DNA of 48,396 nucleotides from assembly GCA_034003165.1 (NCBI GenBank), contig JAVEZD010000003.1, positions 1 through 48,396 of the forward strand, read 5' to 3'. The stretch comes from Bacteroidales bacterium. GTDB taxonomy: Bacteria > Bacteroidota > Bacteroidia > Bacteroidales > VadinHA17. A program made the position numbers and the translations under genes. Under the pieces are notes generated by a model. That model did no database searches. It had not been told where the DNA came from and saw only the letters and a list, made by a program, of their open reading frames with translations. Positions 1 through 6,959 of this stretch are shown one piece after another; positions within the stretch are counted from its first letter, which is position 1, and each line of letters begins with the position of its first letter.

Positions 1-126
1 TGTGCTTATACCTTCTTCCCGGAGTGCTTTAAGAGCCTGTGAACCTGAATAATCAAACTCGCCGGCTTCACCTATCTTAAGAGCACCGGAGCCCAGGATC
101 ACTACTTTTTTAATGTCATCTTTCAT
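1..126 (-). CDS. carB: Carbamoyl-phosphate synthase large subunit, first 42 codons only (gene runs off the left edge)
   Basis: Too short for the ORF track. The reverse complement of 1-126 reads [42 protein letters not shown]. The ILGSG..IG.A.EFDYSG.QA.KAL.EEG string is the conserved CarB N-terminus. ATG at 126-124. Confidence 0.8.
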   Translation of the reverse strand, partial: MKDDIKKVVILGSGALKIGEAGEFDYSGSQALKALREEGIST

Positions 127-200
127 CCGTAAATAATTTTATTTTTTAAGGTTTGATAGCCTCCGCACGAGACGGGATAAGTAGTCCCGTTAAAGCTGCA

Positions 201-278
201 GAACCCACATGTGCTATAGTTATTTACATGATTGTTTATGTATGGAATACATGTGGACTTCATATGAGGAATTTAGGG
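201..278. repeat. Copy 1 of a conserved ~78-nt intergenic hairpin element (copy 2 at 27463-27540)
   Basis: GAACCCACATG (201-211) and AATACATGTGG (246-256) form an 8-bp stem (CCACATGT/ACATGTGG) around an AT-rich loop of about 35 nt. A TTCAT.TGA....AGGG tail follows. Arms, spacing (45 vs 46 nt), the loop segment ATTGT.T.TGTAT and the tail are all shared with 27463-27540. Confidence 0.6.
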
Positions 279-280
279 TT

Positions 281-288
281 CAAAAATA
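281..288 (-). promoter_or_regulatory. Possible Bacteroidota -7 promoter box (TATTTTTG on minus strand) for carB
   Basis: Plus-strand CAAAAATA is TAttTTTG on the minus strand, an exact match to TAnnTTTG. It lies about 155 nt upstream of the carB ATG. If used, hairpin element copy 1 would fall in the carB leader. Confidence 0.3.
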
Positions 289-326
289 TGATAAATTTTC
301 AAATAAGGCCTCAGTTTTTAAAAAAG

Positions 327-361
327 TGTATATATTTGCATCTTTAACGTATAAATATGCA
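327..361. promoter_or_regulatory. Candidate tandem ARG-box-like operator pair at the argR promoter and start codon
   Basis: TGTATATATTTGCA (327-340) and CGTATAAATATGCA (348-361) are AT-rich imperfect palindromes of the TGnAT-W-ATnCA type. They repeat with a 21-bp centre-to-centre spacing (two helical turns), as in classical tandem ARG boxes. The first overlaps the -7 box and the second overlaps the argR ATG. Confidence 0.35.
331..338 (+). promoter_or_regulatory. Bacteroidota -7 promoter box TATATTTG for argR-argG-argH
   Basis: Exact TAnnTTTG match 19 nt upstream of the argR ATG (357). Confidence 0.5.
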
Positions 362-842
362 AAAGTCAAAAAGACTCTCCGAGATTGAAAAGATACTTGG
401 TGAAGAGGTAATAACTTCACAGGAGGCTTTGCTCAGGAAGCTTCAGGAGAGGGGTAGCTTTTGCACCCAGGCAACACTGTCGAGAAATCTGAGGCAGCTT
501 GGGGTAAGCAGGGTTCGTGATGGCAACGGGAATTATCGTTACTCTATAATAAACGACAGGAAAGTGCTGGCAGACCCGGGTTTAAAGATGAATATTGTTA
601 CGGTGATAAGGGATATAATAGACTCAAACGGGCTTATGGTTATCAGGACCATCCCTGGGAATGCAAATTCAACGGCCTATTACATCGATAACGCCGGAAG
701 GCACGAGATAGCCGGGACCATAGCCGGTGACGACACTATTCTCGTCATCCCGCGGAGCGGGGTTAAGCCAGGGGAGCTTCACGAGTGTCTTGAAGCGATT
801 CTCCCGGGCTTACACAGGCAGACGGGCAGAGAAAATGGTTAA
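357..842 (+). CDS. argR: Arginine repressor ArgR
   Basis: 161 aa. It has an N-terminal winged-helix segment (SQEALLRKLQERGSFCTQATLSRNLRQLGV) and a C-terminal arginine-binding/oligomerisation core (GTIAGDDTILVI). It lies directly upstream of argG-argH. Confidence 0.9.
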   Translation: MQKSKRLSEIEKILGEEVITSQEALLRKLQERGSFCTQATLSRNLRQLGVSRVRDGNGNYRYSIINDRKVLADPGLKMNIVTVIRDIIDSNGLMVIRTIPGNANSTAYYIDNAGRHEIAGTIAGDDTILVIPRSGVKPGELHECLEAILPGLHRQTGRENG

Positions 843-879
843 GAGATTTTAATATAATGTAAGTTAAGAAAGAGAAAAA

Positions 880-2115
880 ATGAAAGAAAAAGTTATTCTT
901 GCGTACAGCGGAGGGCTGGATACATCAGTTATCCTCAAATGGTTAATTGAAAAGGATTATGAGGTTATAGCTTTTGTAGCCGACGTGGGCCAGGCCGATA
1001 ACTTCGAGGAGTGCAGGAAGAAGGCGTTGTTACTTGGCGCCTCGAAGGTTGTTATTTCAGACCTTAAGAAGGAATTCATTGACGATTATGTTTTCAAAGC
1101 CATAATGGCCAATGCCATTTATGAGGAGAGATATCTTCTGGGTACTGCTCTTGCACGGCCTCTGATTGCGAAGAAGCAGATAGAGGTAGCTATTGAGGAA
1201 GGGGCGACTGCAGTGTCTCACGGTGCCACAGGAAAGGGTAACGACCAGGTTAGGTTTGAACTTTGCTACTACGCCCTGAAACCGGATATTAAGGTCATCA
1301 GTCCATGGAAAGACAAGGAGTTTCTTGATACTTTCAAAGGCAGAACCGATCTTCTCAAGTATGCAGCCGATCATAAGATCCCGGTGAAAGCCAGTATTGA
1401 CAAACCATACAGCGAAGACGACAACCTGATGCATATCAGTCATGAAGCAGGTATCCTCGAGGATCCCATGTTTGCCATGCAGAAGAATATGCTTGAGAAA
1501 ATGGTTTTGCCCCAGGATGCTCCCGACAAGGAGACGAGGATTGTTGTTTACTTCAAAAACGGCTTACCTGTTAAGATTGTAAATAAGGAAGACGGTACTG
1601 TAAAAGAGGAATCGTACGAGTTGTTTGTTTATCTGAATGAGCTTGCCGGAAAAAACGGTATTGGGCTTCTCGACATGGTTGAAAACAGGTTTGTTGGTAT
1701 CAAGTCGAGAGGTGTATATGAAACACCGGCAGCAACCGTGCTTCATCTGGCACACAGGGATATTGAAGGTATAGCTATGGACCGTGAGGTGATGAGACTG
1801 CGTAACATGCTTACACCAAAGTTTGCCGAGCTTATTTACTACGGCTTCTGGTTCAGTCCCGAGATGGATTTCCTCATGGCAGCAATGGAGAAGAGCCAGG
1901 AGCTGATTGACGGGAGTGTTCACCTCTGCCTTTACAAGGGCAATGTGATAGTTGAGGGACGTGAATCACCGTCTTCACTGTATAACAAGAACCTGTCGAG
2001 CATGGATATTGAAGGAGGTTTTGATCAGACCGACAGCCGTGGCTTTATAAGGATAAACGCCATAAGGCTTATGGCTCACAGGGCTATAATAGAGGAAAGC
2101 AGGAAGAAGAAATGA
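880..2115 (+). CDS. argG: Argininosuccinate synthase
   Basis: 411 aa. Motifs seen: [11 protein letters not shown]-loop, [15 protein letters not shown] and [16 protein letters not shown]. Confidence 0.95.
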   Translation: MKEKVILAYSGGLDTSVILKWLIEKDYEVIAFVADVGQADNFEECRKKALLLGASKVVISDLKKEFIDDYVFKAIMANAIYEERYLLGTALARPLIAKKQIEVAIEEGATAVSHGATGKGNDQVRFELCYYALKPDIKVISPWKDKEFLDTFKGRTDLLKYAADHKIPVKASIDKPYSEDDNLMHISHEAGILEDPMFAMQKNMLEKMVLPQDAPDKETRIVVYFKNGLPVKIVNKEDGTVKEESYELFVYLNELAGKNGIGLLDMVENRFVGIKSRGVYETPAATVLHLAHRDIEGIAMDREVMRLRNMLTPKFAELIYYGFWFSPEMDFLMAAMEKSQELIDGSVHLCLYKGNVIVEGRESPSSLYNKNLSSMDIEGGFDQTDSRGFIRINAIRLMAHRAIIEESRKKK

Positions 2116-2151
2116 TTACAGGGCAAGGATCTTTCATTAAAAAAGCCGGAA

Positions 2152-3489
2152 ATGAAACTTTGGGAAAAAGGGATTGACCCCGAACCAGCAATAATAGATT
2201 TTACTGCCGGGAAAGACAGGGAGACCGACCTGTGTCTGGCAAGGTGGGATATTACAGGTTCGATGGCGCATGTTATCATGCTTCAGGAAACAGGGCTTAT
2301 CACTGAAGATGATAAAAAGTCTCTGCTTAAAGCCCTTTTTAAGCTTCTTGAAGTTGACGGGGAAGGTAAACTGGTAATTGAGCCAGGAGTCGAAGACATC
2401 CATTCGCAGGTTGAGAAGGAGATGTCGGCCCTTCTTGGACCGGCCGGCAAGAAGATACATACAGGCCGGTCGCGAAACGATCAGGTTCTTCTTGACATAA
2501 GGCTTTACACAAGGGAGGAGATTGACAGTCTGGCCCTGCTCACAGGCAGCCTTTTCGAAAAGCTTCAGCTGCTGAGCGAACAGAATAAAGAGGTACTTCT
2601 TCCGGGCTATACTCATATGCAGCCTGCAATGGTGTCATCGTTTGGCATGTGGTTTGGCTCATGGGCTGAAGCCCTGGCTGATGATATACTGCTTCTGTCT
2701 TCAGCCCGTTCGATGAACAACAGGAATCCCCTGGGAACGGCTGCCGGCTACGGGACTACACTGCCAATCAACAGGCACCGGACGGCAGAACTGCTTGGAT
2801 TTGATGATCTGCTTTATAACTGTGCATATGCCAGTCTTAGCCGTGGCAAGATTGAGCAGGCCGTAGCGTCAGCCCTTGCATCGCTGGCCCAGACTCTGGG
2901 CAGGCTCTCGATGGATATCTGCCTTTTTATGAGTGCTGAATTCCGCTTTATTGATTTTCCCGATGAGTATGTAACAGGCTCGAGCATCATGCCTCAGAAG
3001 AGGAACCCCGATGTCTTTGAACTGATCAGGGCCCGGTCGAATGCACTTCAGACCCTGCCGGCCCAGATTTCGATGATAGTTCATAACCTGCCTTCAGGTT
3101 ATAACAGGGATCTTCAGATTCTAAAGCAACCTGTCTTTGATGCCTTTACCAATCTGAAGGAGATGATGCGCATCCTTCTGCTGATGCTTGATAATATAAG
3201 GATAAGGAAAGACATCACAGATAATCCCCTTTACAATACTATCTTCAGCACTGAGGAAGTTAACAGGCTGGTAAAAGAGGGCATGCCTTTCAGGGATGCT
3301 TACAAGGCAATAGCCGGTAAGGTCAGGGATGGTTCCTTCACACGTACCTCTGTTTCGGATTATGTTCATGAGGGTAGTATAGGCAACCTGTGCAACGATG
3401 ACATTGCCCGAATCTTTGCTTCGAGGATGGAGTGTTTCAAAAACATACCCGCTTCAGCATATGCTTCGGAAATGATGAAATACAGCTAA
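2152..3489 (+). CDS. argH: Argininosuccinate lyase
   Basis: 445 aa. It carries the fumarate-lyase superfamily signature GSSIMPQKRNPD and HTGRSRNDQV, and follows argG. Confidence 0.93.
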   Translation: MKLWEKGIDPEPAIIDFTAGKDRETDLCLARWDITGSMAHVIMLQETGLITEDDKKSLLKALFKLLEVDGEGKLVIEPGVEDIHSQVEKEMSALLGPAGKKIHTGRSRNDQVLLDIRLYTREEIDSLALLTGSLFEKLQLLSEQNKEVLLPGYTHMQPAMVSSFGMWFGSWAEALADDILLLSSARSMNNRNPLGTAAGYGTTLPINRHRTAELLGFDDLLYNCAYASLSRGKIEQAVASALASLAQTLGRLSMDICLFMSAEFRFIDFPDEYVTGSSIMPQKRNPDVFELIRARSNALQTLPAQISMIVHNLPSGYNRDLQILKQPVFDAFTNLKEMMRILLLMLDNIRIRKDITDNPLYNTIFSTEEVNRLVKEGMPFRDAYKAIAGKVRDGSFTRTSVSDYVHEGSIGNLCNDDIARIFASRMECFKNIPASAYASEMMKYS

Positions 3490-3506
3490 AGAAACCGTAG
3501 CTCAGG

Positions 3507-3554
3507 GAAGCCCGGCATGGTTCCTCCTTAAAAGGATGGACTGTGCCGGGCTTC
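3507..3554. terminator. Long hairpin between convergent argH and carA (probable bidirectional terminator without a clear U-tract)
   Basis: GAAGCCCGGCA (3507-3517) pairs perfectly with TGCCGGGCTTC (3544-3554), 11 bp. The loop contains a second imperfect stem (TCCTCCTT/AAGGATGGA). It sits in the 87-nt gap between two convergent stop codons. Confidence 0.45.
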
Positions 3555-3576
3555 ATATTAAACTACTGCAGGAAGT

Positions 3577-4659
3577 TTACCCGAGTGATTTCTCTATGTT
3601 CTCAATGAATACGTCGAACAGAAAATCTGTATCTGTTGGTCCGCCCGAGGCTTCGGGATGAAACTGGGTTGAGAAATAGGGCTTTGACCTGTGGCTCATA
3701 CCCTCGTTAGTATTATCGTTGATATTTATGTAAAGCGGCTCCCAGTCGTTCCCCAGGGTGTCGTTGTCAACTGCAAAGCCATGGTTTTGCGATGTGATAT
3801 ATGCTTTATCTGTTCCGACTCTCAGGACGGGCTGGTTATGACTTCTGTGTCCGTATTTGAGTTTATAGGTGTCGGCTCCCGAGGCCAGGGCCATAAGCTG
3901 GTTCCCCAGGCATATGCCGAAGACAGGTTTCCCAAGGTCAAATGAACGCCGGATGTTGCTTATTGTAGTCCCGCACATCTTGGGATCTCCCGGCCCGTTC
4001 GAAAGGAAAAGTCCGTCATAGTCCTCACTATGGTAGTCATAATCCCATGGTGCCCGTATGATAGTTGTATCACGCTTCAGAAGGTTCCTTATTATATTGT
4101 ATTTTACTCCGCAGTCCACAAGCACAATACGGTATTTGCCGTTTCCGTAAACCTTCTTTTCCCTGGTACTCACCTCCGCTACCAGATTTACCTTATTAGG
4201 ATCGTAAAAAGCTGTTTCTTCTCCTTCCGGTTCGAGTTTGCCCAGCATGGCTCCTTTTTCCCTTATCCTTTTGGTGAGAGCCCTGGTGTCGATGCCGAAG
4301 ATACCCGGTACCTTGTTTCTGCCCAGCCATGCATCAAGGCTTTCAGATGCGTTCCAATGACTGTATTCGAAAGAGTAATCAGAAACTATAAGTCCCGAGA
4401 TATGAATGGATGATGACTCATAAAACATCAGAAGGTCATTTTCCTCGCTCTTCCCGGGGGCACCGTAATTGCCAACCAGGGGATAGGTAAGACAGAGTAT
4501 CTGTCCCCTGTATGACGGGTCAGTCAGGCTTTCGGGATAACCCGTCATTGCTGTATTGAACACAACTTCCCCGGCAGCGGCACATCCGGCCCCGAATGAC
4601 CAACCGTTGTAGATAGTACCGTCCTCAAGGGTCAGCCTTACTTTTCTTCTCTTATCCAT
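3577..4659 (-). CDS. carA: Carbamoyl-phosphate synthase small (glutamine amidotransferase) subunit
   Basis: 360 aa. It has a CPSase small-chain N-domain and a class-I GATase with the nucleophile elbow GICLGNQ and QFHPEASGGP. Its ATG overlaps the upstream gene's stop (ATGGATAA at 4659-4652). Confidence 0.93.
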   Translation of the reverse strand: MDKRRKVRLTLEDGTIYNGWSFGAGCAAAGEVVFNTAMTGYPESLTDPSYRGQILCLTYPLVGNYGAPGKSEENDLLMFYESSSIHISGLIVSDYSFEYSHWNASESLDAWLGRNKVPGIFGIDTRALTKRIREKGAMLGKLEPEGEETAFYDPNKVNLVAEVSTREKKVYGNGKYRIVLVDCGVKYNIIRNLLKRDTTIIRAPWDYDYHSEDYDGLFLSNGPGDPKMCGTTISNIRRSFDLGKPVFGICLGNQLMALASGADTYKLKYGHRSHNQPVLRVGTDKAYITSQNHGFAVDNDTLGNDWEPLYININDNTNEGMSHRSKPYFSTQFHPEASGGPTDTDFLFDVFIENIEKSLG

Positions 4660-5842
4660 CTTTTTTATCTTTTAATCGTGTCAATGCATTTTCAATCTGT
4701 ACCATTGCCCTTGCAACAACAGCGGCTGTCGTTCCAAGGTTCATCCTCATGAACCCTTCGCCTCCGGGACCGAAGGCTGAGCCTTCGTTCATACCTACGG
4801 CAGCTTCCCTAACAAAGAAATCGCTTAGTTCTTTCCCGTTCATACCCATGGCCCTGCAGTCGAGCCATATCATATAGGTGGCTTCCGGGGATACAGGTTT
4901 AATAAGGGATCCGGGGTTCCCGAGTGACTTTGTAACAAGGCTTACATTCCCGGCTATATATGAGGTAAGTGCATCTACCCATTTATGGCCTTTGGCGTAA
5001 GCGGCTGCCGAAGCAACCGTACCAAAAATATTACCGTTTCCTATATGCAGACTTTCAAGGGTTTTCCTGAATTTATCCCTGAGCAACGGATCTGAAATAA
5101 TTACAGACGAGGTTGACAGTCCTGCCAGGTTGAATGTCTTGCTCGGTGCAATACATGTCACGGTCCTGCGTGCTATTTCTTCAGATAAGGATGCCAGTGG
5201 AGTATGTTTATTGCCCGGCAGAACAAGGTCGCAATGGATCTCATCAGATATCATAAGAATATCCCGTTCAAGACAGATCTCTGCCAGAGAGGTCAGCTCG
5301 TCCCTTGTCCAGCACCTGCCCACAGGGTTGTGCGGGTTAGAGATGAAGATCATCTTTGTATCCTTGTCTATGCTTCCGATGAGGGCATCGTTATCCATGC
5401 TCCACCTGCCTTCATATTCAGATAACCTGTTGTAAATAAGCCGGCGGCCATGATTTTCGACTGCCGAAAAGAAGGGGAAATAAACCGGAGGCTGGACAAT
5501 GATGCCGTCGCCGGGTTCAGTGAAAGCCAGAGTGCACAGATTTAGGGCAGGAACAATCCCCGGGGTGAAAATAATCCAGTCCTTCTCAGTCTCCCAGCTG
5601 TGACGGTCACGTAGCCATGAGATGATAGAGGTGAAATAAGCGGAGGGGCGTACTGAATATCCGAAGATCTCATGATCCAGTCTTCTCCTCAACTCCTCAA
5701 CGATGAATACGGGGGTCCTGAAATCCATGTCAGCAACCCACATCGGAATAAGGTCCCCGACCCCGAATACCTCTTTCCTGAAATCATACTTGAGGCAGTC
5801 GGTTCCTTCTCTCGGAACCGTTTCATCGAAATCCCAACTCAT
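4652..5842 (-). CDS. PLP-dependent aminotransferase class I/II, PatB/MalY-type (cystathionine beta-lyase-like)
   Basis: 396 aa. The N-terminus REGTDCLKYD....LIPMWVADMDFRTP is typical of the MalY/PatB family. PLP-lysine context: APSKTFNLAGL. Confidence 0.8.
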   Translation of the reverse strand: MSWDFDETVPREGTDCLKYDFRKEVFGVGDLIPMWVADMDFRTPVFIVEELRRRLDHEIFGYSVRPSAYFTSIISWLRDRHSWETEKDWIIFTPGIVPALNLCTLAFTEPGDGIIVQPPVYFPFFSAVENHGRRLIYNRLSEYEGRWSMDNDALIGSIDKDTKMIFISNPHNPVGRCWTRDELTSLAEICLERDILMISDEIHCDLVLPGNKHTPLASLSEEIARRTVTCIAPSKTFNLAGLSTSSVIISDPLLRDKFRKTLESLHIGNGNIFGTVASAAAYAKGHKWVDALTSYIAGNVSLVTKSLGNPGSLIKPVSPEATYMIWLDCRAMGMNGKELSDFFVREAAVGMNEGSAFGPGGEGFMRMNLGTTAAVVARAMVQIENALTRLKDKKDG

Positions 5843-5952
5843 TAAAACAATGGTTTTTTCAGGGGGTTAAAGATAAGGAAAAATGGCATACTGAAATTAT
5901 GTAAAAAAAAAGTTTGGCTTTTACCCGTGGGTTGTTAAAAAAAACGGATATT

Positions 5953-5969
5953 AGCATATTGTTTATGCT
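5953..5969. promoter_or_regulatory. Palindrome AGCATA-N5-TATGCT in a divergent promoter region
   Basis: 6-bp perfect arms (5953-5958 and 5964-5969). It lies about 110 nt from both the patB-like/carA operon start and the lipoprotein gene start. The TATGC half-site resembles the ARG-box-like repeats at 327-361. Confidence 0.2.
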
Positions 5970-6074
5970 GTCTACCTTTATTTTTATTAAAGGGCAACAG
6001 GCAAATTTCTATATTAATAATATTTGTTATTTTTATGGGCGTTTTTAAAGGTGTTAAATCAAAACTTTCCTAAG

Positions 6075-6896
6075 ATGAAAAAAAGAATAGCAGTTGTAAT
6101 ACTCCCGGTTCTGATAGCAGTAATTATACTTTCACCATCGTGTAAAAACAGGGCTGCCGATAAGGAACAGAAAAAAGTTGAAATAGAGCAGGTTAAGACC
6201 CTGGAGTCGGAAATTGGAAAGAATGTTTATCCATTACCTACATCTGCAGAGGTTATAAAAATGCTTACCGAACTTCAGGTTGGATACATCGTCGGTATCT
6301 CCAATCCTGTTGAAAATGCAAAGAAGTATTTCACGGGCACCAACCGGGCAATCAACATGGGAGTATATGGTGCGGATCTCAGTTATGCCACTTTGTACAA
6401 CATGCAGCAGGAAGTTATAAACTATCTTGACGCCATCCGGGTTCTGGCCAACGAGCTGAATATGTCAGAAGTTTATGATGAGACGCTATACGACAATATA
6501 AAGGCCAACTTTGACAACAGGGAAGCGCTGGTTAAGATTCTCACTGATGCGTATAACAACACCTATGCAAAGCTTAGTGAGAACAATCAGCAGACTCTTG
6601 CCCTTCTTGTAGTCGGCGGTGCCTGGGTTGAAGGTATGTACCTTACTACCCATGTCTCGGAAGCCGCTTACCAGGTTTCAGGCATTGCCAGGGTTCTTCT
6701 TGAGCAGAAGGCATCTTTCGAACTTTTCCTTGAAATAACAAAACCATACGAGCAGGATCCCGGGATAAGCGATTTCCTGAAGATTCTTGATCCTGTCAAA
6801 CAGGTTTATTCTACCATAGAAACAAGTCTGACCAATGAGAACATCATTGATCTGACAAAAGCCATTGAAGGAGTAAGGGCACAAATTGTATTATAA
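6075..6896 (+). CDS. Hypothetical lipoprotein (mostly helical, no family recognised)
   Basis: The track ORF begins at 6024 with a non-ATG start. The ATG at 6075 gives MKKRIAVVILPVLIAVIILSPSC, a lipoprotein signal peptide with a lipobox Cys. A strong terminator follows. Confidence 0.6.
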   Translation: MKKRIAVVILPVLIAVIILSPSCKNRAADKEQKKVEIEQVKTLESEIGKNVYPLPTSAEVIKMLTELQVGYIVGISNPVENAKKYFTGTNRAINMGVYGADLSYATLYNMQQEVINYLDAIRVLANELNMSEVYDETLYDNIKANFDNREALVKILTDAYNNTYAKLSENNQQTLALLVVGGAWVEGMYLTTHVSEAAYQVSGIARVLLEQKASFELFLEITKPYEQDPGISDFLKILDPVKQVYSTIETSLTNENIIDLTKAIEGVRAQIVL

Positions 6897-6913
6897 TACA
6901 TCCAATATAAGGT

Positions 6914-6946
6914 GACCGCAAAGTCTTATCTTTGCGGTCTTTTTTA
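6914..6946 (+). terminator. Rho-independent terminator after the lipoprotein gene
   Basis: GACCGCAAAG (6914-6923) and CTTTGCGGTC (6930-6939) form a perfect 10-bp stem with a 6-nt loop. A T-run follows at 6940-6946. Confidence 0.8.
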
Positions 6947-6959
6947 TTTTTTCTGATCT

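Noticed and set aside
153-347. 64-aa ORF in the carB/argR intergenic region
   Set aside because: It has a TTG start and an odd composition, and it spans hairpin element copy 1 and the argR promoter and ARG-box-like repeats. No recognisable protein features. Most likely a non-coding regulatory region.
2137-2616. 159-aa ORF antisense to argH (similar antisense ORFs at 1057-1443, 1564-1923, 3121-3369)
   Set aside because: These lie fully inside well-supported conserved genes on the opposite strand and have low-complexity, unrecognisable translations. They are typical shadow ORFs.
3497-3506. GTAGCTCAGG string resembling a tRNA D-arm
   Set aside because: No acceptor stem, anticodon arm or GGTTCGAATCC-type T-arm follows. 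The sequence is the flank and 5' arm of the argH/carA terminator hairpin.
5919-5928. ACCCGTGGGT near-palindrome flanked by A-runs, superficially similar to the CATGTGGGTT arm of the hairpin element
   Set aside because: Only a half-arm-length match, with no partner arm at the spacing of about 45 nt and no shared tail. Probably chance.
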